DNA from: the human T2T-CHM13v2.0 reference genome, Homo sapiens | Assembly: GCF_009914755.1 (NCBI RefSeq) | Contig: NC_060927.1 | Direction: 5' to 3' (one strand) | Length of the DNA: 64,000 bases | Shown here: one piece after another, positions 1 through 11,919 of the stretch | How the letters are laid out: the number at the start of each line of letters is the position of its first letter | How positions within the stretch are numbered: position 1 is the first letter of the stretch | Made by a program: the position numbers and the translations under genes | The notes under the pieces: model-generated | Seen by the model: only the letters and a program-made list of their open reading frames with translations | Database searches by the model: none | What the model was told of the DNA's origin: nothing

Positions 1-141
1 CAGGCCCTCACCAGACATCAAATCTGCTTGCACCTCAATCTTGTACTTCCCAGCCTCCAGAACTGTGAGAATTAAATTCTTATTATTTATTAATTACCCA
101 ATCTCAGATATTTTGTTATAGCAGCCCAAACAAACAAAGAC
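1..141 (+). mobile_element. MaLR LTR (MLT1/MST family) 3' end
   Basis: CCAGCCTCCAGAACTGTGAGAA...TTTTGTTATAGCAGCCCAAAC...AAGACA terminus. Confidence 0.85.
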
Positions 142-331
142 ACCCCCCACATCAAATGAGCAGAAAGGGCGTTTTATTAAAAGCCAGAAATTTGAATTCT
201 CTGTCACTTTGGAAAAAGTAATTTAATGTCTCAGAAGATCTAAGATCCCTTAATATTCCAACATTCAATGACACAAAACAGCCAGAGCTGAGAGCTGGGA
301 ATGTGGAGAGGCTGATAGGCAGGCAGGCGAA

Positions 332-345
332 CACACACACATGCG

Positions 346-390
<45 letters not shown>
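332..390. repeat. (CA)n microsatellite with internal (CG)n
   Basis: acacacacacatgcgcacgcgcgcgcacacac... Confidence 0.97.
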
Positions 391-392
<2 letters not shown>

Positions 393-1291
393 CAATTCTT
401 CTGCAGCCTAACTGTAAGGATCTCTTGCTTTATATACTATTGGGGGAACACTTTGTTTTCCTCCTGATCTCAAGCCTTTGTTGTGAAGCTAGGAGTAGGG
501 TTGCCTGGGTCTTTGTGAAGTACTACAGAGAATCATTATGGACAGGGAAATGGAACAAAGTTCATATGGCAACTAGGTTACGCTTTGGCTGCTGAAGGTG
601 CCAAGATCACAGGCAAGCTCAGTTTCTTTGGACTTCTATGGTTTTTAAAGGGGAGAAGCAGGAAGTAAATTTAGCTCAGATCCAATAAAGAAAGGAACTG
701 AAACAAGAAAGAGCAGATGGTAAAAAGAAGCACAGAGCACTGGAAGTGGATGGCAGCCCAACCTTTCCAGTTTTAGTTGAGGATACCAAAAACACAAATT
801 TCAGTGAACCAATATTTATTATGGAGTGCTCACTATGTGCTGGGCAATGGGCAAAACCAAATGTGGGCACTGTCTTCACAGCATCTCCTGAGACCTCAGG
901 TTTGGTCTCAGCTCACCCACATCTAGTTGTACAATTTTTAGGATCAGGTTTCTAGATCCTAAGTCCAGGCTTATGCCACCACACTGTGGCCAGGTACACT
1001 GCCAGTGAGGACCTCCCAGAGCTAATGGATCCCCAGTAGGATCTGGCTTTTAGGTTTCTGAGTTAGAAAACTTCCTTTCTGGGGCAACAAATCAGGATCC
1101 TTAACCTGGGGACTAAATTGGTTGTATTTAATTTGCAGAAAGACGTGTTTCCAGGCTATGGGTTGTTTTGACAGAAAACAGAATGTCCAAGGTATTTATG
1201 TTCACTTTAGTGGCAGAACTTGTCAGAATCCAGCCTACAAAAGAAGTATTTATCAAAGGCTCTCTTTGTTTTTTAAACATTAAAAAAAAAA

Positions 1292-2600
1292 CTCCCTCTC
1301 CCTCTCCCTCTCCCTCTCCCCCTCCCCCTCCCCCTCCCCCTCCCTCTCCCCCTCCCTCTCCCTCTCCCCACGGTCTCCCTCTCCCTCTCTTTCCATGGTC
1401 TCCCTCTCATGTTGAGCCGAAGCTGGACTGTACTGCTGCCATCTCGGCTCACTGCAACCTCCCTGCCTGATTCTCCTGACTCAGCCTGCCCAGTGCCTGC
1501 GATTGCAGGCTTGCGCCGCCATGCCTGACTGGTTTTGGTGGAGACGGGGTTTCGCTGTGTTGGCCAGGCCGGTCTCCAGCCCCTAACCGCAAGTGATCCG
1601 CCAGCCTCGGCCTCCCGAGGTGCCGGGATTGCAGACGGAGTCTCGTTCACTCAGTGCTCAATGGTGCCCAGGCTGGAGTGCAGTGGCGTGATCTCGGCTC
1701 GCTACAACCTCCACCTCCCAGCCGCCTGCCTTGGCCTCCCAAAGTGCCGAGATTGCAGCCTCTGCCTGGCTGCCACCCCGTCTGGGAAGTGAGGAGCGTC
1801 TCTGCCTGGCCGCCTATCGTCTGGGATGTGAGGAGCCCCTCTGCCTGGCTGCCCAGTCTGGAACGTGAGAAGCGTCTCCGCCCGGCCGCCATCCCACCTA
1901 GGAAGTGAGGAGCACCTCTTCCCGGCCGCCATCACATCTAGGAAGTGAGGAGCGTCTCTGCCCGGCCGCCCATCGTCTGAGATGTGGGGAGCGCCTCTGC
2001 CCGGCCGCCCCTACTGGGAAGTGAGGAGCCCCTCTGCCCGGCCACCACCCCGTCTGGGAGGTGTGCCCAACAGCTCATTGAGAACGGGCCAGGATGACAA
2101 TGGCGGCTTTGTGGAATAGAAAGGCGGGAAAGGTGGGGAAAAGATTGAGAAATCGGATGGTTGCCATGTCTGTGTAGAAAGAAGTAGACATGGGAGACTT
2201 TTCATTTTGTTCTGTACTAAGAAAACTTCTTCTGCCTTGGGATCCTGTTGATCTGTGACCTTACCCCCAACCCTGTGCTCTCTGAAACATGTGCTGTGTC
2301 CACTCAGGGTTAAATGGATTAAGGGCGGTGCAAGATGTGCTTTGTTAAACAGACGCTTGAAGGCAGCATGCTCATTAAGAGTCATCACCACTCCCTAATC
2401 TCAAGTACCCAGGGACACAAACACTGCGGAAGGCTGCAGGGTCCTCAGCCTAGGAAAACCAGAGACCTTTGTTCACTTGTTTATCTGCTGACCTTCCCTC
2501 CACTATTGTCCTATGACCCTGCCAAATCCCCCTCTGTGAGAAACACCCAAGAATTATCAATAAAAAATAAATAAATTAAAAAAAAAGAAAGAAAAAAAAA
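1292..2600 (+). mobile_element. SVA retrotransposon, full domain set, SVA_E/F-like, antisense in FSTL1 intron 3
   Basis: CCCTCT hexamers (1292-1368), antisense Alu-like region (~1400-1770), VNTR (~1772-2060), SINE-R (~2060-2560), AATAAA at 2559 and A-tail. Confidence 0.97.
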
Positions 2601-2706
2601 TCTTTAGCTCTATTTAGAGATCTCTGCAACGTTCTTTTAATTTCTAAATTATTGCTTTTATACAATGGAATAAATACATATTCATGTTTGTTTTTCAAAA
2701 AAAAAA
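2601..2706 (+). mobile_element. 3'-transduced segment with second poly(A), carried by the SVA
   Basis: Non-SVA sequence with AATAAA (2669-2674) and A-run from 2697, lying inside the TSD pair 1275-1291 / 2707-2723. Confidence 0.85.
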
Positions 2707-2749
2707 AAACATTAAAAAAAAAAAACCCTGCATCTCATCTACTGTTTTT

Positions 2750-3295
2750 AAAAATTTGCATATCCTCTGACCTAGCAAGCCCTGGTGTCAATCAATGCTA
2801 CAGAAATAAAGGCAGGGGCATATAAGGGTATTTGCACAAGGATGTTATTGGTTATAGTGGTAAACAACCCAAAGAACCAACTGAATGTCCATCTATGGGA
2901 AAATGATTGAATAAATCTAGTTCTTTTATATTACTAAACATTATGCCACTACAATGAGTTAAATGAGTTAAAAGTATATGTGCTGATCTAGAGGGTTGTC
3001 CCTGATAAATTAATGAGTAAAGAATACAAACTGTATATATCTATATCCATATCATGATCCCATTTTTGCATAAAATAGGGGGAACCATTATGTCTACAGT
3101 AGCATATAAACCCTATGCTTATAGTAACATAGAAAAGAAAAACATGTGGAACATGTACCAAATTGTTAACGCTGGTTACTTCAGACTAAGGGATTGAAGG
3201 GTTATGGGGGAAGATTATAATTTTATGCTTGTGTAAATGTCTGTACTATTTGACTTATATAAAACAATTCTTATTTTTTAATTAAAAAATCTTAT
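2750..3295 (+). mobile_element. Ancient L1M (L1ME-like) 3' fragment
   Basis: TGACCTAGCAA...ACAAGGATGTT...AACTGAATGTCCATC...ATTGAATAAAT motifs. Confidence 0.6.
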
Positions 3296-3497
3296 AAAGC
3301 TAAATTTTTTTAAAAGAAAAAATATCCATGCTTTAAAAATCAGGAATCTGGAATAAGAATTCCACGTTTTTCAGGGGGATGAAGAATGCTTTTATAAAGA
3401 GAATGAAATCATTGGCACTGCCTGCTGATGGGTGGCTCCGCAAGGTAGCCACATTGGCCTTGGCCACTGTCCTCTGGCTCCCGACATCAGGACTTAC

Positions 3498-3602
3498 CTC
3501 AATGCAGAGACAGGTGGGTTCCCCTTTCTCTGTGACTGCACATTCCCGGCCGGCTCCACAAAACACATTGGCACAGATCTTGGATTTGCTCCTTAGCTCT
3601 TC
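3498..3602 (-). CDS. FSTL1: FSTL1 exon 3 (follistatin N-terminal module)
   Basis: 105 nt, phase 0, encodes [35 protein letters not shown]; TTTTAG acceptor and GTAAGT donor (3497-3492); in frame with exon 2. Confidence 0.98.
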
Positions 3603-5789
3603 CTAAAACACACAATCATAAAGGAAACCGTGTGACTGAGATGAACCCATTATGGAATGAGCCCATAATGAGATTATCTTTCAGGCTTGGGCTTTGCTCT
3701 GGAGTCATGGCTCATGGTCTTAAACAGCTAGATGTTGGGTCTTAAACAGCTGTTGGAGACGTTGCCTCCAACAGCTAGTGCCCTACTCCCAGATACTGCT
3801 TCAGCCCAGGTTCAGGTACTTCTGAGTCCCTAATATGTTTCTCAAAGAGCAAGAGTTCCTTTCTTGCATGCTTCCTTTCTTCTAAAAATGCTTGTTGAGC
3901 ACCAATTTTATGCCAACACTACGCTGAGATGGAGATACAAAGGACAGACCCTGTCCTCAGGAAGCTCCATGACTCTCAGAGGAAACTCACAAAGAAAGAG
4001 ACATTTGGAAAACAACACAGGAAGTGCAAGAACAGGATCACCAGGGAGCTGGAGGGGAGGAAGAGGGTGAGAATTTTTCAAAGGATACTTTCTGAAGATA
4101 CTAGGTCTTAACTGATTCTTAAAGGGTGAGAGGAGTAAGTCAGGCAGAAATGGAAACATTGTACAGAACTATGACTATCTGAAGGACCCAAACCTGACTG
4201 AATGGTGTTCTAGGCATTATCATCTCAAAGGGCAAAAGAAGGATGGCTAAACCATTGGAAACGTGGATTCGCTATTTTTGCTATGGTCCCATTTAGCCCC
4301 TACCCATGTCTGCCACTGTCTTCAAGATTAAGAGGGCGAAGCTGCCTGAAAGTAGAACTATTCTCAAATCATTTGCTAGTCAGGCATTCCCCTGTTCAGA
4401 CGTGTGCAGCAGAACTGACAAGGCAGGGAATGGTCTCAGTGTATGCCACCTGAGAATGTGGGGGTATTGACAGGCACTGATCTGTTGGTGGCTCATCCCT
4501 TCCCTCCCATTCACTGGTGGCAGAAAGCCAGCCCCACCTCATTCACCACTCAACCCAGGGGTAGTGGTGGTTACATGAAGGAGAATGTGATTTCCCCAGC
4601 TTCTCATCCTGACTGGCTGGGCAGGCAAAATCACGAAAGACCTCCAGACTCAAGGCTACTGGGCTAGATGCTGTGACAAAACCAACAAAGACTGCAGGAG
4701 GCACGATGGGGTCATGGGGCTGGCTGGGGTAAGGCAGGGATGGAACCAGACAGTCCACCCTCCAGGCCATGTCTACCACATTATGCAGAGAACTCACACC
4801 CACAAGTCTTGTAACAGTACAATTCTTATAGTTGGTGAATGTTTTATACTCAAGATTAGGGGAAAAAAGCAAAAAGAAAGAAGAGGCTTTCGAGCTGAGG
4901 TGCTGTATCCAATACAGCTAGTCTGCTGCCACCCAGAGGCTGCTCTGCAAACTCCAGGTCATTATTTTCTGTCCCAAGCCAGCTTGCTGGTCATGCAGGG
5001 CTCCCATTGGTCTAGAAGCCGTTCTCAGCTCACATTTCATTGGTTCACATGCTGTTGATAAACCAATTCTTTTTTGAATGTTGCTAAGGCGAATTCAAGA
5101 AAGCTAGCAGGCGGGGAAGAAAGAGGAAGTAATTCCCAGAAGTCTGCGGGGATTGGAGAGCTTTTGTTTTCCTAAACAGAGAGTGGAGATAAAAATCAAG
5201 GATATTCTCCAGGCAGGGCCCTCTTGTGGAAACTGTGCCTGACAACGTAAGGCAACACGAAAAAGGAAGAGGAAAAGGTTTTTGCTGACGAGTTGTTCCC
5301 ATGAGTTATGGACACACAAATGCATAAAAAAGCATGCTCAGACACATGCCTGCACTCAAAGACACCCGCACACAGCTCCACAGGCAAACACCCACAAACC
5401 TCCACTCACTAGTCTCTGTCCTTAACTAGTAATTTTCATTCTTTAAGGCTCACATGTCCTCATCTATAAAGTAGGGGTAAATGCCAACCCTGCCCTGCGG
5501 AGATTCAGTGAGATACATGTGGAAGTACCAACTGTAAAACAAGCTGCATATGAAACCTGTTATTCATGGGAATGCCTTATAGAGCTACTTGCAGAAAAGC
5601 CTGTGGCATGTATGGAACCTCCTTTTAACTTACATTGTTGTTTTTAGTAAGTATTAAAAACGGATTGAATTAAACCAAGTCATTTTTCAGGAATAGTTCT
5701 CAAAAATCCATTTGAAGAAACAGATAACTTTTGAGTTATAACAACTAATATTTGAATAGTACAATTTACAAAATGTTTTCATACACATG

Positions 5790-6430
5790 ATTTTGTCTTA
5801 TAGGGAAACCCTGCAAGAATAGGTATATTATTATTAACCCTATTCCATAGATGAGGAAATTGAAGACCAGAAAGGTCAGATAACTTGCCCAAGTTTCCAA
5901 AGCTAGAAATGAGAGGAGCTAGGATTCCAACTCGTATCTTCAACCACTGATAACTAAACTCCCATTTATAAATATCCGGCATCCTACTATTTTTATTATA
6001 TGTGATTTAAGCTCTTCAATAACTCCTTAAGTTAGACATCATTACTAGCCCCATTTCACAGGTGAGAGAGCAGAGGCTTAAATAACTAGAAAGTGGCAGA
6101 GCTAGAATTCTGCCCAAAGGGAAAGCAGTTTATATTTGATTTATTTTCATATCCAGATGACGTAAGGAAATTATGATGGGGGTGTGAGTTGCGTAATTAG
6201 CAAGTGTCGGGAGAATGTGCGTTAAGAGTGCGTCAGAGATTTAGGTTTAAATTACCCACATCCCACCTCTATTCCTTACTTGCTGGTCGTGGGCCAGGTG
6301 CTCTCTTTAAACCTCAGCTTCCTCATGTGAAAACTGGGAGTACTGATTCTTAGAGGGTTGTTGTGAGGATTAAACGGGATGTACTGCAGGCAGCACAGTG
6401 CCTGCCACACAACTGAAAGTGGCTATTACT
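5790..6430. mobile_element. Cluster of MIR fragments in both orientations
   Basis: MIR core words: AGATGAGGAAATTGAAG, TAACTTGCCCAAG, CCTCAGCTTCCTCAT, GTTGTGAGGATTAAA. Confidence 0.75.
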
Positions 6431-7499
6431 ACAGTGGGCAATTTATTTTCAGACAACTTTCCCACTGAGATGCTGTCACTACCACCTTGGGCTGTCATGT
6501 CCCCGTTTTTCCCTGTCCTCCCTTGCACTGCAGTGATAATAGAGAACAGAAGGACTCACTGAATGGAAAAAACAAAAGGCCCGTTTGAAGAGCACACAGA
6601 GAAGGGGGGAGCCACTAGTTACACAATCATTCCTCTTTGCAGGTGACACGTCTGTCAATAGGTGGCAATCTCTCTCTGTCTTGCACAGCCCAGCACTGCA
6701 ATGCAGAAGCGCAGTGTTGGCTCCTGCAGCTCCACCCAGCTCTGTCCTCGGAACAAGAAGTGGTGCAGGAGGTGGAAGAATAGGGTGGCTGCTCCAAAAA
6801 CATGGGTAGGGGGATCTACCAATGTGGGGGAGGTCTCACCTGCAGCCTCATAGCCCTCCCCAGTGATCCCCATTCACAGGCATGCTTTGATGCAGAAATC
6901 AACAATGAAGAAAATTTTCTCCAGAGAGATAGGCTTTGTGCCATTGAAAGCTCTTCTCCAAGCCTCATCTTCTCTGGGAGTGGGAGTGTCAGGTGCATCC
7001 CCGAGGTGCCTAGAAAGTTGCTTAGGGTGGTGGGTAGTCTTACCCATCTACTGAGAAACTGATTCTGAGTGGGGGAAAAGAACACCTTGAGAGGGGTTGA
7101 ACATGCTCATGGGTTCAACCCTTCTCGTGGTGAGGAAGAGGGAGATGAAGCAGGGTGGCAGGTGATGATGGGGAGAGGGGTGGCGCTCGATGGCTGACCT
7201 GAGGGGCTCTCCACAGCGACTATGAGAAGTGAGAACCTTGGAAGGTTTGGGATTGGGTAGGTAACATGATGGATATGGTGCTTTGGAATGTTAATTTGTG
7301 TTGGGTCCTTTCTGAAATTCTGATTCAAAGTGCAAGGCAGCCTGGATGGAGAGAGGCTGCAAGCAGGAAAACCGGCCAGGTTTAAGACTGTAATCTAGTC
7401 GGGGATGACAAGGGCCTAGGACCCAAGGCCAATGTTAATTTTAGCACCTTCAGCTGAGTGAGGCTCTGCAGATATCTCTGTCCTCACAACCTCTGTGCA

Positions 7500-7635
7500 G
7501 GTCTCTGTATTTTTAGTCCCATGTAACAGATGCAGAGGCATCGGAGAGTCAGGAAAGCTCTGTGACGCATGGAGGCCACATAACTAGTGAGAGCTGACTC
7601 AGGAATAGAACAAAGGCCAGTCTGACTCCAGAGCC
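7500..7635 (-). mobile_element. MIR fragment
   Basis: CCCATGTAACAGATG...GGCCACATAACTAGT...CAGTCTGACTCCAGAGCC. Confidence 0.65.
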
Positions 7636-9781
7636 TCAAGGTTCCCTCTTGGGGTACAATCAAGGCAGTGAGCTTTGGGGAGTGGGGACAGTTCCAAGGG
7701 CTGGCACAGGGTGAGGTCACAAGGTACAATGCAGTTCTTGCAAATAGAAGTGTTTGTTCTACCACTGTAATGATTTTAGGAATGAGGTCCCAAAGCAGTA
7801 TGAGGACTTCATGTATGCGTAGATAACCACATTGGCACATGGATGTTTTCTAGGAGTATGAGGTCACAGGCAGGTCCAATATCACAAAAGTATGAACCTA
7901 TAAGTCTAAATGTACCTGTGAGAATGTAATTGATTTGAGTGGGGGTAGAGGGTGTGTTTTGGAAGTGTGGACACTCAGATATATTGATAAAAATCAGCAA
8001 AATATCTGCCTGCAATGGAGAAACATCAGATTTCTAGCTTTATCCTTCTGCATCATCTTCCTGACCAGTCTCCGTGTTGTTTTCATTTCGTGTGTTGCAA
8101 GCCAAGCTCTGGAGATTTGGTCTCATTAATTTTCACATTGCAAACTCCCTTTGGTAGAAGACAGACTGGGAACATTCCTGACTTTTTACTAGGTAGAAAG
8201 TATCTGAGCAACGGTCAGCCATTGAATGGCAATATTCATACTTGCACAGCAATTCTGGTTGATCTGTAATTTTACTGTCATTTTTGATTCTTTTTAGATA
8301 GGCAGGCAGGGGATACCTCTGAGGCCCTTCTAGATTTAAGATCCTATGGTGAAAATAAAACTGAGGCTCACAGCTACATGTGACTGGTCCAAGATCTCAC
8401 AGTTGTAGAATTGAGGCCTGGCCCTAGGTCTCCAGACTTTAATCCCAGCCTCTTTCCACTAAACCACTCTACCTCTTTACAAATCAAAGCCAGGAAATGT
8501 CTTGAATCCAAGGTCTTAAAAAATGGAAATGATTTTTGCAATCAAAAAAGATCTTTGCAAGCAAATGGAGAAGCAAGTTATTTGCAAAACCACCAGTAGA
8601 GGTGATCGTGCATCTGAGTCTCTGGGCCAACCAGAATTAAGTCTGAACATAAAATACACGTTGAATGTTTAAAAAAAAGTCTTCTGAAGTAAAATAATTT
8701 CTGGAAGAACAGTGTGCTTTGGCAGGAAAGGAAGCTTATAAGCAAAGCCATAAAACTGTCAGTTTAATATAACATCATTTCACTAACATGAAGTGGGCCG
8801 GCTCTGTCCCCTCCATTCTTTTCCTCCTTCCAACTCTTTTAAAAAAGAACAGCTCTACTTATGCCAAGGTGGAATTTTGGCTCTACTTGCCACTATTCTG
8901 CGACAGAGTGGCTTTGTTGACGTGAGAAAGGCTCTCTTTGCTTTGCCAGAATTAGTCATGGAAACTTCACAGGAACACCAGGGCCCCTCAGATATACACA
9001 GAATACCATGGAGCTGGGGACAAAGGAATTCACAGAACTGGGGAGAGCAGGGGGAGGTCTGCAGTGGGGCGTATGGGGTGAGATGCTGGTTGCTCCCAGG
9101 CAGCTCTTCTGGAACCCAGTAGCACAGGCCTGAGAAAAGCAGAGAGAAAGAGCAAAACCGCTTCAGGACCTTGAAACCTTGCTGGAGTATCTCATGACCT
9201 TGTTCAAGTCTCTCTTTTTTTCTGGAAAGAAATGTGTTGGTACATCCTGCATATGCTATGGACAGAGGAGGAGGGACTGGTGATTTCTAGCAGTGGTTCT
9301 GATGTGTGTGGCAGGGGGCACTGCATGTGTGCAGTCCCTGCTATAAGTTTCCCTTCCTTATATGTGCTCACAATCAGTCCCTCATCTCAAGGTTAATGCA
9401 CTAGGGCCAAACCCTGGTTTTGTGGGGCCTGAAGCTTAAATGGTTTAGGGAGGGCTAAAAAAATATACAATTATAAATGCAAATTGGGTAAATGGCCTTG
9501 CAAGACCCTTGCAAATAAAAGGTCTGAAATCAAAGCTTAATTAGCTTCATGGTAATCCAACTCCCCATTTGCCCTATTATTTTCTTCATAAACAAAATCT
9601 TTCCAATAATGGCTTTTGGGTCCTTAGTCTATTAGAGAGAGTCCTATTCAATATCTGATGCACATATGGCTTATCTCAAGTAGACTCTAAGAGCCTTGCA
9701 CACTTCAGCTTCCCACAGACCCACCACAGTGTACTGCCTGAGAAAATGCTCAACAAATGGTTTGTATATTAAATGTCATTT

Positions 9782-10106
9782 GGGGGTACAAAGTTTCGGT
9801 TATGCAAGATGAGTAATTTTTGGAGATCTAATGTACAGCATGGCGATGATAGTTAATAATACTGTTTGTATACTTTTAATTTGCTAAGAGGATAGATCAT
9901 AAATTAAATTTTCTCAACATGCACACACACAAAATGGTAACTATGTAGAGGTAGTGAATATGTTAATTAGCTTGATTATGGTGAACATTTCACCATATAT
10001 ATGAATATTAAAACATTAAAACATTTGTACACCTTAAATATATGCAATTTTTATATGTCAGTGATATCTCAATAAAGCTGCTTAAAAATAAACAAAAATT
10101 ATTTTA
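9782..10106 (+). mobile_element. L1MA/L1MB 3'-UTR end, 5'-truncated
   Basis: GGGTACAAAGTTTC...CTAATGTACAGCATGG...CTCAATAAAGCTG and A tail; flanked by AAATGTCATTT (9771-9781, 10107-10117). Confidence 0.85.
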
Positions 10107-10275
10107 AAATGTCATTTACAGTCTCTTCAGGTTAGTGCAGCAGCCAACAGTGGCACTTCGGATGTTTTTGGGTCAGTATGGCCAGGCTCCATGACATCCA
10201 GATAAGAGATATATCGCCTGACGAAGATTAGCTTTAAGATTTAAAAAAATCTATTATGAAGCTGTCAATCAATAA

Positions 10276-10596
<321 letters not shown>

Positions 10597-11730
10597 TGAT
10601 TAATTTCTATGTTTAGCCTCTATCACAGCTTATGGGATATAACATGTTCCTTTTACTACTCATTGCGTATTGTGTGCCTGGAAATTACTATATTCAAATT
10701 TCAAATGGGACAGTGATGTTTACCTCCACCATTTTCTTTATTATTTTACAGATTCTGTCACATTCTCTATGTGTCTTTTCAGACTGAAGAATCTAGGTTG
10801 GCTCAGGCCACCTTCACACGGAAGCCTCTCTCCTTCACTGCTGCTCACATGTCATCTCTGGAATGCCTCATGCTGCCTATGCTTAGAGCTTTCTTGAGGT
10901 GGCCCAGACACAGCATAGCACACTAGATGCTTGGTTTCTATAGAATGATCGGTTCCTGTGTTCTGCAATGGTCTTGTCTAGTCATAGCAGAAGTATAGCA
11001 GTATAGTAAGCACTTACAGAGTTAGAAACATGTTAGGCCTGTTCATATAGGGCTGAAAATCATCTCACAAAGATCTGTGAGGCTCAGGGATTCATCCCTG
11101 TTTGCACTGAGGAGACTGTGACTTCAAGAGCTGGGCCATGACTGAGGTAAGAGTCAGACCCAGGTGGCTCCAACTCCGGTACTTGAGAGAGGTGCTTCTG
11201 TTCTCATGGTCCACAGTGACGAGTTGGAGAGTCTCCCCTGTGACATACCACACCGCCTTCTCAACACAGGAACACCCAGTGACTCCACTGCTACTGACAG
11301 GGTCTTTCGGGCTCCCCATTATGAAAGCAACACTCCTCAGAGTGATTCTTAGGAGTTCCCAAGATATCTTGTCACTCTTCCTAAAAAATGTTTTTGTAAG
11401 GCTGCCACTAGTTTCATAATTTCACCCTTCGGTTTCTTAGGAAAGTCCAAGTGGAAGTTTCTAATACAGACCATTTATCTGCCCTGAATTAGCTTGTTAG
11501 GTTTGAATATGGTTCTTATTTTCTCCTCTCCAATTGTCTACCTAAGACTTGTCCACTTTGAAGGCCAATGTAGAGAGTATAAATCCTCCAGTCTTCTTCA
11601 GTAATGGCCAAGGAAAATGATTTAAACCCATCAAAATGCTATTTGATGAATGCCTGTAACAGCAAAACAAAAAAAGAGAATGGTCTGTAATGAGCATGGC
11701 GCAAGCTCCGTGGCATAAACCCAAAAGGGA

Positions 11731-11894
11731 GGCCTGGGTGCAGTGGCTCAAGCCTGTCATTCCAGCACTTTGGGAGGCTGAGGTGGGAAGATTGCTTGAG
11801 CCCAGGAGTTTGAGGCTGCAGTGAGCTAGGATCATGCCACTGCACTCCAGCCTGGGTGACAGAGTGAGACCCTGTCTCTAAAAATAACAACAAA
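11731..11894 (+). mobile_element. Monomeric Alu (FRAM/AluJ-like)
   Basis: Single arm ending GTGAGACCCTGTCTC; flanks AAACCCAAAA(A)GG. Confidence 0.88.
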
Positions 11895-11919
11895 AAACCC
11901 AAAAAGGAGCAGAGGATGT

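Noticed and set aside
1772-2060. Regular ~40-bp repeats resembling a CRISPR array
   Set aside because: SVA VNTR: tandem units with no unique spacers, in eukaryotic DNA with no cas genes
1168-2574. ORFs with poly-Pro/Ser or (GR)n and Alu-like peptides
   Set aside because: Translations of SVA hexamer, Alu-like, VNTR and SINE-R sequence
1-3497. miR-198, hosted by FSTL1
   Set aside because: It lies in the FSTL1 3' UTR, beyond the left edge of this window
3333-3566. 77-aa [12 protein letters not shown]...
   Set aside because: Part of FSTL1 exon 3 read into intron 3; not an independent gene
9400-9565. Probable small hAT-type DNA transposon fossil (TTTTGTGGGGCCTGAAGCTTA)
   Set aside because: Family and ends could not be assigned confidently by eye
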